From positions 8,187,241 through 8,251,240 of the forward strand of contig OZ316899.1 of NCBI GenBank assembly GCA_973895155.1: 64,000 bases of DNA, given 5' to 3'. This DNA comes from Marsupella aquatica. Lineage: Eukaryota > Plantae > Marchantiophyta. Both the position numbers and the translations under genes were made by a program. This document shows positions 35,712 through 45,261 of this stretch, piece after piece (the stretch's first letter is position 1; the number at the start of each line of letters is the position of its first letter). The notes under the pieces are model-generated. The model ran no database searches. It had not been told where the DNA came from and was given only the letters and a program-made list of their open reading frames with translations.

Positions 35712-38700
35712 ATGTCTGAGGGAGATCCACCGAATAAAAGAAAACCTACCAAGACCTCCAGTAATTCGGATGCTGCAAAATTAGTAGTGACCCCTCGCAC
35801 ATTGTTACCCGAATTCCAGTCACCAGGAGCACCTGCACCGGGTAGTGTGTGGAAACAAGTGGGATCTATTCAAGAGGCAAGTGGCTCTTTGGAAAGGCCC
35901 ACGTCGACCCGACCCCTGTTTGTAAATCTTCGTTCAGGTCCAAAACTTATTGGTTCTCAAAAGACCAAGCTCCGCCAGCAGACAGTACGTTCGGTGAACC
36001 AAATTGACTCTGGTGTGGATAGTACCACTGAGAGGGCCTTATCTCATACCGAAGGAAGAAATTTGGGTTTGCCCGAGAATACAGTTGCAGAATCGCTGGC
36101 CCAGGATAATTCTGTCGATCTTTCACAATTGGATAATCCAGAACCACTGAGTGAAGCCGGTGGTTCGTCTTCTAGTGAGACAAGCAGCAGTTCAGGCTTG
36201 GGCAGCCCAAACCCATTTGCTACCCGATCAGCTCTTCCTTTCGTTACCCTCCTAGCTCCAACCACGATGGCTCGAAATAATGTGAGGTACGACCGGTTCT
36301 TCGGTACTTCCAAGGAGGATGCAGAGGTGTATTTGAAAGAATTTGAAGCTGCAGCTGCATCCAATGGACAGAGTCAAGACGCTGAAAAAGCCAATCTGTT
36401 TGGTGGTCTAATGAAAAAGGGTGCTCAGAAATGGTATGACCGTTTTCCGGACAAGCAGGATTGGGGGAAATTGAAGGCTGCTTTCTTGGCCAAATATAAA
36501 GAAGAAGGAGCAGCTGCGCGTGCCTTTGCCCGAATCTCACATCTGCACATGAAGAAACATGGGTCTGTGAGGAAATATGCCGACAAATTATTGGATTTGG
36601 TAGATCAATATAATCCAGCTACCTCGAAATCTACTATCAAGGACTGGTTTATTAACGGTTTACCCTCCAGGATTGCTCGTTACGTGAGACGAGAAGGTGG
36701 CACCACTTTGGAAGAAGTACAAGAGGCAGCCCAGAAGTACGTAGACTCGGAGATTTCAGAGAGAAAACGAGTTAAGAAGGACCTGAAGAAAGACAAAAGA
36801 AAGAAGAAGAAAACGTCCAGGTCTAAATCTGACTCGGAGACGGAATCAAGTGAAAGTAGCACTAGTGAGGAGGACGAGAGTACAAATTCGAGCACTAGTG
36901 ATAGTTCAAGCTCAAGTTCCGACTCAGAATCCGTTGCTCCTAAAAAGAAGAAATCCTCTGTAAAAGGGAATAATAAAGTTCCCAACCAGAAGAAGATGGA
37001 TCGCATGATGGAAGAACTCTCTGGCCAATTGTCCAAGTTGAATGTCAATATCGCCGCGGTAAAACCAGTACGAAGGTTGCCTGCTCCCATGAGAATGAAC
37101 GTATGGTGCACCCGATGCAGTCAGCAGGGCCATTACCCGAACGAGTGCCCCACATTACGAACCCCGGTGAATTATGTAGATGGTCAAGAAGAGGCTGAGG
37201 AGTATGAGTACGATCCCACGTATACCGTCCAAACAGCACCCCCTGGACAGTATTTCCCACCACCTCCTGCTTCCAGACCGACTTGGGGACCACCTAAGCC
37301 CACTTTCAATAAACCAACGTCAAGACCACCCATGGGACCCCCGGGAGGATACCCACCACGAGGAATGCCGCGTCAAAAAGGGGCTTGTTGGAATTGTGGC
37401 CAACCTGATCATTATTCACCCCAGTGCCCTTATCCCAAACAGGAGGTGGGGTATACACCTGTCTGTGGGAACTGTGGAAAAGAAGGACACTTACCGGTGG
37501 AATGCCCGAATCCGGCTAAGCCTAGGCTGATGGTTCGATTTGCTCAAGAGCCAGTTAAAGAAGCAAGTCGACCTGAAGCCAAGATTCGGATGATTTATTC
37601 TGAAGAGATGGAGCAATGCAGCTTCATTCAACATATGGATGTAAATCGGGTGGAATTAAAGCCAGATTCACTTTTTCATCAACCAGTATCCGGGGTGGTG
37701 CCTGATGTCTTGGTAAGTCATTTAGTGAAACCTGAAGTAGTTGGTATGCCGAATGATCGAGTTCAGAATCGGGATAAAGTTCTGACTAATATTTACGCAA
37801 CTACTCGTTCGAAGAAAAAGGAGACCAAGAAGCACGAGCATCAGAAGGTCGCGAAAGCTCCCAAGGATGAAGGGCGCAAGCCATGTAAGGAAGGCCTCGA
37901 CAAAGAAGACGACCCTGCTTATGACCGATATGACCCAAAATACTTCTTGCCCGACATCTCTTTGGAAGTGAAAGACCATCTGGAAGAGCTAGTTAAGGAG
38001 CAAGTGCAATCTCCTAACCCACCAGTAGTAGTCAAAGCTAAAGAGCCACTGAAAAATCCAGGTTATGATATTGTTGAAGATGTCAAGAATCATCCTGCAC
38101 ATATCACCATTGGGGAATTATTACAGGACAATCCGGTTTATAGGCGACAGCTGAGGAGCCTCCTTGCAGGAAAACGGAGGAAGAAGAAGTTACCTTCTGT
38201 GGATGTGCTACGAACAGAGTGGGAGGACAAAGGACCGATGGAAATTGAGGTTCAAATCCAGGGGTGTGTCATTCGGAGAGTTCCTGTGGATGGAGGAGCC
38301 AGCGTTAATCTGATTACACAGTCAGCAGCATTTAATTTGGGTTTCACTAAGTTTGAGCCCACTCCCAAGATTTTGCGCATGGCGGATCAGTCTCGTGTGG
38401 TACCCATAGGGAAGCTGACCAAAGTAGAAACTTTGATTGCTGGTGTCCCTTTTCTGTTGGATTATGTGGTTATTAATCCGGAAATACCATCCAGCTTTCC
38501 TGTTTTGTTAGGCCGACCATGGTTGTATAAGGCTCAAGTTCAGGTTAATTGGCAATCTCAAGAGCTTTCATTTGGGAAGCCTAAGGTGACTGTTAGTTGG
38601 GTTCCGGAACCACATTTTGGAGAAACACAAACAGATGATGGGTACACCTCGGATTTTTCGACCTCTTCGCTAGTCCTGCAGCCATTGGAATTTGAACTGG

Positions 38701-38765
38701 AGGAAGTTCGTTACTTGGAAGTTTATCTGTCTGATGCTCCCATAAAACCAACTAGGCCCTCCTGA
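35712..38765 (+). CDS. gag: Gag plus aspartic protease (three CCHC zinc knuckles)
   Basis: 1,017-aa open ORF. Capsid-like RYDRFFG..DWFINGL; knuckles CTRCSQQGHYPNEC, CWNCGQPDHYSPQC and CGNCGKEGHLPVEC; protease VPVDGGASVNL..LLGRPW. Confidence 0.95.
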   Translation: MSEGDPPNKRKPTKTSSNSDAAKLVVTPRTLLPEFQSPGAPAPGSVWKQVGSIQEASGSLERPTSTRPLFVNLRSGPKLIGSQKTKLRQQTVRSVNQIDSGVDSTTERALSHTEGRNLGLPENTVAESLAQDNSVDLSQLDNPEPLSEAGGSSSSETSSSSGLGSPNPFATRSALPFVTLLAPTTMARNNVRYDRFFGTSKEDAEVYLKEFEAAAASNGQSQDAEKANLFGGLMKKGAQKWYDRFPDKQDWGKLKAAFLAKYKEEGAAARAFARISHLHMKKHGSVRKYADKLLDLVDQYNPATSKSTIKDWFINGLPSRIARYVRREGGTTLEEVQEAAQKYVDSEISERKRVKKDLKKDKRKKKKTSRSKSDSETESSESSTSEEDESTNSSTSDSSSSSSDSESVAPKKKKSSVKGNNKVPNQKKMDRMMEELSGQLSKLNVNIAAVKPVRRLPAPMRMNVWCTRCSQQGHYPNECPTLRTPVNYVDGQEEAEEYEYDPTYTVQTAPPGQYFPPPPASRPTWGPPKPTFNKPTSRPPMGPPGGYPPRGMPRQKGACWNCGQPDHYSPQCPYPKQEVGYTPVCGNCGKEGHLPVECPNPAKPRLMVRFAQEPVKEASRPEAKIRMIYSEEMEQCSFIQHMDVNRVELKPDSLFHQPVSGVVPDVLVSHLVKPEVVGMPNDRVQNRDKVLTNIYATTRSKKKETKKHEHQKVAKAPKDEGRKPCKEGLDKEDDPAYDRYDPKYFLPDISLEVKDHLEELVKEQVQSPNPPVVVKAKEPLKNPGYDIVEDVKNHPAHITIGELLQDNPVYRRQLRSLLAGKRRKKKLPSVDVLRTEWEDKGPMEIEVQIQGCVIRRVPVDGGASVNLITQSAAFNLGFTKFEPTPKILRMADQSRVVPIGKLTKVETLIAGVPFLLDYVVINPEIPSSFPVLLGRPWLYKAQVQVNWQSQELSFGKPKVTVSWVPEPHFGETQTDDGYTSDFSTSSLVLQPLEFELEEVRYLEVYLSDAPIKPTRPS

Positions 38766-41738
38766 CAATTAACTTCATCATCGGAAGTGGGCCCAGCAGC
38801 AGACGAACCTCCTAATACTGAGGCTAATAGGGATTTACACCATGATATGGGAGTGTCAGCTACCCTTGAGCCATTTGCACCAGAAGTATCCAAACTTGGA
38901 CTTCAGCCGGCAAACCTCACGGATGGAATTGTGGATCCAAAAGCTTGTCAGAAAATCGAAATTGAGCCAGGCAAGTTTTTGAATATTGGTAAGCATATCG
39001 AAGGAGAGCTACGGGAACAGTATATCAGTTTATTAACCCAGTATAAAGATGTCTTTGCCTGGAGTCATTCTGATTTAAAAGGTATCCATCCACATTTGGG
39101 CGAACATCGTATTGACCTTATGGAAGGAGCAGTACCTGTCCGACAGAGACAGTACCGTTTGAATCCCAAATATTCCATCCTGGTTAAAGACGAGTTGGAC
39201 AAGCTCACGACTGCTGGATTTATCTACCCGGTCTTGAGTAGTGAATGGGTCTCACCAATTGTCATTGTCCCCAAAAAGCCGGGACCCGATGGTAAAACGA
39301 AAATTCGCGTTTGTCAAGACTTCCGGAAGTTGAATGCTGCCACTCGGAAAGATCATTATCCTTTGCCATTTATTGATCTGGTACTTGATTCAGTGGCCTT
39401 GCATGAGTTATACAGTTTTTTAGATGGGTACTCTGGTTATAACCAGGTGTCCATTCGGAAGGAGGATCGCGACAAGACTACGTTCACCACCGACTGGGGT
39501 ACATATGCATTTACCATGATGCCTTTTGGGCTGTGTAATGCCCCGGGTACTTTTCAGCGCATTATGATGATTATTTTTCAAGAATATTTGCGGCATTTCA
39601 TGGAGATTTTTATTGACGACTTTTGTGTTTACGGCTCAGCGGCTGAACACCTCGTCCATTTGGAGAAGACATTTCAGAAGTGTAGAGAGGCTCAGTTGTG
39701 TCTTCATCTAGAAAAGTGCTTTATTGGTATGAAGGAGGGAATTTTGTTAGGCCATGTTATTTCACAACGCGGCATTGAGGTTGATACAGAGAAGGTTAGA
39801 GTAATTATGGAGTTGCAACCACCGACCGATTTAAAGCAGCTTCGTGCTTTTCTGGGACATGTGGGGTATTATCGTCGGTTCATTTATAAACATGCTAATA
39901 TTGCCTTACCCTTAACCCAACTGTTAAAAAGTGATGTGGAATATACATGGAATGAGGAGCGGCAGCAAGCATTCCAGTTGCTCAAGGATCGGTTAATCTC
40001 TGCACCTATTTTGTCACCCCCAGATTGGACTAAGAAGTTTCATGTCTTCATTGACTCTTCTGCGTTCTGCATTGGAGCTAATCTCAGTCAGAAGGATGTG
40101 GAAAACCGTGACCATCCAATTTACTATGCCAGCCGCCAAATGAGTGCAGCCGAGAAAAACTACTCCGTCACTGAACGGGAAGCTTTGGCCATCGTCTTTG
40201 CGTGTAAGAAATTTCGTCACTATTTGTTGGGGTATCAGGTTACTTTTCACACTGATCATAATTCCTTAAAATATTTGGTTAACCAAGTGGATCTCTCAGG
40301 ACGAGTAGCCCGCTGGGTTTTACTACTCCAAGAATTTGATTATGAAGTTCATGTCCGACCTGGCAAACATCATGAGAATGCAGACTTCCTATCTCGGTTA
40401 CCTGGTCCGGAGAATCAGCATAATCTCTCCGATGAATTTCCTGACGAGCATTTGTGGCACATTGAAGGGGAGTCTTCTCGATATTTTAATATTGTGCACA
40501 TGCTGCTTCATGGAACGTTCCCTGAAGGCTTTAATGCGGAAGAACGAGCTGTCTTTGCTCATAAGGTGGGTCCCTATACCATTATTCGGGGCACTTTGTT
40601 TAAACAAGGTCCTGATCAACAATTGCGACGTTGTCTAGAGGATAGGGAACTTCCCCAAGTAATTGAAGCTTTACATTCAGGAGAAACCGGTGGGCATTAT
40701 GCTGTGAATACCACAGTTAAGAAAATTTTGGATGCTGGATACTGGTGGCCTACTATGCATCGAGATACTTACAATTTTATTAAGACCTGTGATCCCTGTC
40801 AAAGGATCGGGAAGCCCACTGCTAGTTCCAAATGGCCTCTTACGCCTATCCTTCCGTTGGCACCATTTGAGAAATGGGGGATTGATTTTATTGGCCCAAT
40901 TTCTCCAGCAGCTCGGAAAAGCCGAAGCAAATATATTATTCTGGCCACTGATTATGCCACCAAATGGGTAGAGGCGAAAGCTACTCGCAAGAATGATGCT
41001 ATAACCGCAGCTGCATTTCTCTTTGAGCACATTATCACCCGGTTTGGTTGTCCTTTGGAGTTGGTAAGCGATAGGGGTTTGCATTTTCTTAACTCAACTA
41101 TTGAGTTAATCACTGACCTTTATCTTATCAAGCATCGCAAAACTACTCCTTACAACCCCCGAGCTAATGGCTTAACCGAGAGAGCTAATGGCATTATGGG
41201 CAAGATTCTGAATAAAATGGTAGAATCTCACAAGACAGATTGGGATGTGAAGCTCCATTCTGCATTATGGGCTTACCGCACCGCTGAGAAGATTACAACT
41301 CTTCACACCCCCTTCTATCTGACCTATGGCCTGAATAGTATTATTCCAATAGAATTTTCGTTACCAACGGAACGTATCTTGGTACCACACCGACTCTCTC
41401 CTTCAGATAGTCTCTCACATCGGTTTTCCAATATTGTTAAATTAGAAGAAGTTAGACTTTTAGCATTAGACCATACAGTCACCATTCAGAACCAGCGTAA
41501 ACTTGCTTATGATAAGAAGCTGCGCGTAGTGCAGTTAGATGTTGGTGATTTAGCATTAGTCTTTGATTCTCGTTATATGCTATTTCCTGGGAAACTTCAT
41601 ACTCATTGGATTGGTCCTTACCGAGTTACACACATCTGGGATAATGGTTCAGTTTCATTGACTACCTTAGATGGTCACCCACTTAACACTAGAATCAATG
41701 GGTTTAGGATTAAACGGTACTATGAGTCTTCCATTTAG
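38766..41738 (+). CDS. pol: Pol (RT-RNase H-integrase), in frame with gag behind one TGA
   Basis: RVCQDFRKLN, LDGYSGYNQ, MPFGLCNAP and FIDDF (RT); RNase H NYSVTERE..TDH; integrase H..H..CDPC, WGIDFIGP, SDRG, NGLTER. No disruptions. Confidence 0.95.
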   Translation, partial: QLTSSSEVGPAADEPPNTEANRDLHHDMGVSATLEPFAPEVSKLGLQPANLTDGIVDPKACQKIEIEPGKFLNIGKHIEGELREQYISLLTQYKDVFAWSHSDLKGIHPHLGEHRIDLMEGAVPVRQRQYRLNPKYSILVKDELDKLTTAGFIYPVLSSEWVSPIVIVPKKPGPDGKTKIRVCQDFRKLNAATRKDHYPLPFIDLVLDSVALHELYSFLDGYSGYNQVSIRKEDRDKTTFTTDWGTYAFTMMPFGLCNAPGTFQRIMMIIFQEYLRHFMEIFIDDFCVYGSAAEHLVHLEKTFQKCREAQLCLHLEKCFIGMKEGILLGHVISQRGIEVDTEKVRVIMELQPPTDLKQLRAFLGHVGYYRRFIYKHANIALPLTQLLKSDVEYTWNEERQQAFQLLKDRLISAPILSPPDWTKKFHVFIDSSAFCIGANLSQKDVENRDHPIYYASRQMSAAEKNYSVTEREALAIVFACKKFRHYLLGYQVTFHTDHNSLKYLVNQVDLSGRVARWVLLLQEFDYEVHVRPGKHHENADFLSRLPGPENQHNLSDEFPDEHLWHIEGESSRYFNIVHMLLHGTFPEGFNAEERAVFAHKVGPYTIIRGTLFKQGPDQQLRRCLEDRELPQVIEALHSGETGGHYAVNTTVKKILDAGYWWPTMHRDTYNFIKTCDPCQRIGKPTASSKWPLTPILPLAPFEKWGIDFIGPISPAARKSRSKYIILATDYATKWVEAKATRKNDAITAAAFLFEHIITRFGCPLELVSDRGLHFLNSTIELITDLYLIKHRKTTPYNPRANGLTERANGIMGKILNKMVESHKTDWDVKLHSALWAYRTAEKITTLHTPFYLTYGLNSIIPIEFSLPTERILVPHRLSPSDSLSHRFSNIVKLEEVRLLALDHTVTIQNQRKLAYDKKLRVVQLDVGDLALVFDSRYMLFPGKLHTHWIGPYRVTHIWDNGSVSLTTLDGHPLNTRINGFRIKRYYESSI

Positions 41739-42121
41739 AATTCCACCTGGGACAGGTTGCAATTTAAGTGGAGGGCGGTAGTTATACTTAGTTAGAATTA
41801 GTGACCCTCCCTAGTAAGTATTCGGCATATTTTTTTAATTTTTTTTAGTTACTTTCAGTTTTTACATTGGACGCTGTGAAAAGCGTCCATTGTAACTCGA
41901 CGCTGGGGAAGCGTCCACTTAGTTTACAAAGGACGTTGTGCAGAGGTCCGCTTTTGTATTAGTTCAGTTGCATGAGACGCTGTGAGCCGATGACTAGGCA
42001 TCTTGTACAATGGCGGATTGCGACAGCTCAACGGGACGCTGAGGAGTAAGCAGTCGCGCTTCGCCCTAGTTCACTATGGAACACGATTCTCACTGAGCTT
42101 ACGGAGCTAACAAGTCACGCG

Positions 42122-44695
42122 ATGGCGGAGACTGAGCTGACGACGCGACCAATACTCGCAGACATTCCATCGAATGCAGTGCATAGGCGGCAGTTGAAGA
42201 CGGCTCTGGCAAAAATGGGCTTGAAGAAGCTGCTTCAACTTCCTTGGAAGATTTGCGAATTCAGCCTTATCGATCAAGGTGTCTGGGACGCTGAAGAAAG
42301 GATTGGTGTGCGCTCGCGTCCCAGTGTTTGGACTGAAGCGCTCATAGCGAAGGTCTATTCGACGCCGATGGAGGGCGAGGATTTACAGAGGGTTGATTGT
42401 GAGCCTCGGGTTTATGTAGAATCCTTCTTCGCTCCAGGATCTTTCAAGAGGCGGAATGGATGGCTAGCGGCGAACTGCTTAGATAATTCTCTGCAGCGTC
42501 TATTTCGATTTCTGGCACCAATTTTCTACCCAGAAAGCCAGACGCGCATCACTCTTTCGTTCGCTGCAACGGTGATCTGTTCATTAGAACAGACGCAGTC
42601 TATCAATTGGACGAAGGTTTTGCACCGAGTAATTCATACTCAGGTCAAAAATTTTCGTAGCAGGCTGAAAACGGGGAAAATAAGGTGTACCTACTTGGCC
42701 CCTTATTTAGCTCACATTTACCATAAGTATGACTGTCTGCTTGTCTTGGAAAAAGATTTTTATCGCAACAATCAGAGAGCATCTACCGGTGAAGCAAATT
42801 ATATGCCTGAAGTACGAGAAGTCCGAGCCAATTCCACAGTGGTAGAGCTATGTGCAATACTCGACTGTGAGGAACCTGAACTGGTGGGTGAAGTTCGGAA
42901 ATTGAAAGAGACAAGAGCATCAGCTGAAGGGAGTGACGATCCGATTCTTCACCAACCAAGAGAGGCTCAAGTTGCCGAAGATGTTCCTTCAGCAATGCCA
43001 ACAGGGTTGGAGCATTCTATGTCACCTCGACTCTCGTGTTCACCTTGTGCTGCCGAGCCTATTTATGATGTTGATCAGGATAATTCTGCTTCTCGGATGA
43101 ATGTTGAAGATGAGGTGAGGGTGGATGAAGAAGGTTTTTCAGGGGAACCTCTTCAACATTCTACTGCTGAGGACGAGTATGATGGATTTACTTCTACCCC
43201 TGTTTTGGTTCCCATAGAGGCAAATAGTGATGCTTTGCAGGCTTTACAGGAGTATGATTCGTCCGACTCTCTTAGTTCTAGCCCAAATATAGGTGAAATC
43301 CCTCTGGTCCAGGAGTCAGAAATATTAAGCTCAGAAATTGTGAAGCTGGTTAAAGTTGATTCGGAGGATGCAATTGTGGATATAGACGAAGTAGGTGAAC
43401 CAGTGACTTCTCCCCAATCTGTCGCAAGATACCCTGCCTGGTCTACACCTGGTTCACTCATATCGATTCCTTTGGATATAACTAAGGAATTAGATGAGGC
43501 AATAGCCGCGATAGGAGCTCCTTCATTTCCGCCTGTAAAATGGGTTTCTCCTGAAGATGAGTTGATTGAAGGAGGCTCTGCTGGTTTTCCGAGTCGCAAT
43601 CAGGTATCTGGTAATATGGGTATATCTGTACCCATATTGGTACCCGAGACACCCGCTTCGACAACCAGCTCAGCACCAGTTTCATTGGCTACAAACGAGG
43701 ATAAAAACATTCGGGAGGAGTTTTCAGTGACGTATACTCGAAAATCTTGGAAACGGTTGCGCCATGCTATCAGTCGACAGATCTTTCCTGAAGCATCTTC
43801 CCAGGATTTTGAACAGGGAGAAGCACCTATCGGAACAGACGAGCTACCCCTTCCTGTACTTTTGACAGATCGAACTAACCAGGAAGTCTCTTTACCTAGC
43901 GATAATTTTAAAGAAGAACTTCCTGTTTTAGTACCAATGCATTCCATTGCAGATCAACCAGCTACGGTTGCAAGAGAAGAATTTGAACCACTGGAGCCCG
44001 AACCTTCTGCTCCTTCGTCTCCTGTTACATTGCCAATTCGACCAGTTAAGGAGTCAGTGATTCCTTCCGCTATGCCAGATGTAATTTTCCGTTGGATAGG
44101 AGCACCAAGTGATGGAGAAGAAGACGAAGACCCTCGCATTATCAGAGTACCTCCTCGACTTCGGCATACAGTGGATTTGCCACCCCGAAATCCTATCCCT
44201 AATTTGGCTTCAATTCACAGGTGGGAGAAGAAACATTTTCGAGTAGCTTTTCGACATCTGGAGATGGAGAGCATTTTGCAGCAGCAGCAGATTTTGCCAA
44301 TGACATCCCATCCGAGGATTCGTAGTTTGATTCGCACATATGAACCTGGGAAGGCGGTTCCTCCCATTGATAAGGACAGACGACATAAGTTTTCGGAGTT
44401 CGAAATTTGGTGTTGGGTGTATATGCTTCGACGAGCTCAAGCTCCATTTCCGCCCCTTGTGCCGGAAATTCCATGGCCCTATCCATACTTTGTTTGGGTT
44501 TGTCCTGGTGGGTTTGCTATTCCAATTAAATATGAGAAGAAGCTTGTTAAGCTAAGGGAGCAGTTGATTACAAAACAATGTATGCTACCGGCTTCCCAAG
44601 GGTTCAAGTCGCTTAGGTGTTTAGCGTTCCTACCTATTATTCCTTCTTATCCGGATGTGATTATTCAAGGTGTTTTATCTAGGACACAGATTTGA
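42122..44695 (+). CDS. Accessory ORF (857 aa) in the 'env-like' position downstream of pol
   Basis: Intact ATG-initiated ORF. The N-terminal domain GLKKLLQLPW..WTEALIAKVY..RNGWLAANC..INW..YLAPYLAHIY is followed by an acidic, Pro-rich tail. Confidence 0.85.
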   Translation: MAETELTTRPILADIPSNAVHRRQLKTALAKMGLKKLLQLPWKICEFSLIDQGVWDAEERIGVRSRPSVWTEALIAKVYSTPMEGEDLQRVDCEPRVYVESFFAPGSFKRRNGWLAANCLDNSLQRLFRFLAPIFYPESQTRITLSFAATVICSLEQTQSINWTKVLHRVIHTQVKNFRSRLKTGKIRCTYLAPYLAHIYHKYDCLLVLEKDFYRNNQRASTGEANYMPEVREVRANSTVVELCAILDCEEPELVGEVRKLKETRASAEGSDDPILHQPREAQVAEDVPSAMPTGLEHSMSPRLSCSPCAAEPIYDVDQDNSASRMNVEDEVRVDEEGFSGEPLQHSTAEDEYDGFTSTPVLVPIEANSDALQALQEYDSSDSLSSSPNIGEIPLVQESEILSSEIVKLVKVDSEDAIVDIDEVGEPVTSPQSVARYPAWSTPGSLISIPLDITKELDEAIAAIGAPSFPPVKWVSPEDELIEGGSAGFPSRNQVSGNMGISVPILVPETPASTTSSAPVSLATNEDKNIREEFSVTYTRKSWKRLRHAISRQIFPEASSQDFEQGEAPIGTDELPLPVLLTDRTNQEVSLPSDNFKEELPVLVPMHSIADQPATVAREEFEPLEPEPSAPSSPVTLPIRPVKESVIPSAMPDVIFRWIGAPSDGEEDEDPRIIRVPPRLRHTVDLPPRNPIPNLASIHRWEKKHFRVAFRHLEMESILQQQQILPMTSHPRIRSLIRTYEPGKAVPPIDKDRRHKFSEFEIWCWVYMLRRAQAPFPPLVPEIPWPYPYFVWVCPGGFAIPIKYEKKLVKLREQLITKQCMLPASQGFKSLRCLAFLPIIPSYPDVIIQGVLSRTQI

Positions 44696-44707
44696 AGGAC
44701 ACCATTT

Positions 44708-45184
44708 ATGAGAGATATCAAACGGTGTTGTCATTTATATGTATATAAGCCGTTACTTTTGCAGCATCCTGCAATTGTTTCCTTCTTTCTCCTTCGAATT
44801 GATATTTATCTGCTCATGTGGGACATCAAAGCTACTATGGATTGTTGGAATTCTTTACCCCGTGCTTTCCAACATTCCTTTGAAGGCAAGATCAAACTGG
44901 GAGGACATGCTATTCAACACTTTGTTATTGATCCAGGCTCTCGAATTAATTTCCTCTCCCACAGACTGTGCCAGCAATTTGTTCATCAAGAAGTACAACC
45001 GATATCTGCTCAGATATCAATCGATGGACGAATCATTAATCTTTGGGGAAGAGTTAAAGGAGTCCCAATACAGATCGGAGAAGAATTCCATGACCTCGAT
45101 TTTTATATTCTGGATTCGGATATCTCCCAACTCCCGTCAATGATTTTGAGCACTACTTGGATTATTAAGCCAGAATATTATTAA
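44708..45184 (+). CDS. Second retropepsin-like aspartic protease ORF
   Basis: FVIDPGSRINFLS..GRVKGVPIQIG..LDFYILD..MILSTTW follows the retropepsin pattern. The true start may be a later Met. Confidence 0.65.
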   Translation: MRDIKRCCHLYVYKPLLLQHPAIVSFFLLRIDIYLLMWDIKATMDCWNSLPRAFQHSFEGKIKLGGHAIQHFVIDPGSRINFLSHRLCQQFVHQEVQPISAQISIDGRIINLWGRVKGVPIQIGEEFHDLDFYILDSDISQLPSMILSTTWIIKPEYY

Positions 45185-45261
45185 TGAAGAACATGTCACT
45201 CGCTTCTGATTCAATTCGGTCATGTCTTGTGGGGACACGGCGAAATTTAAGTGGAGGGCTA

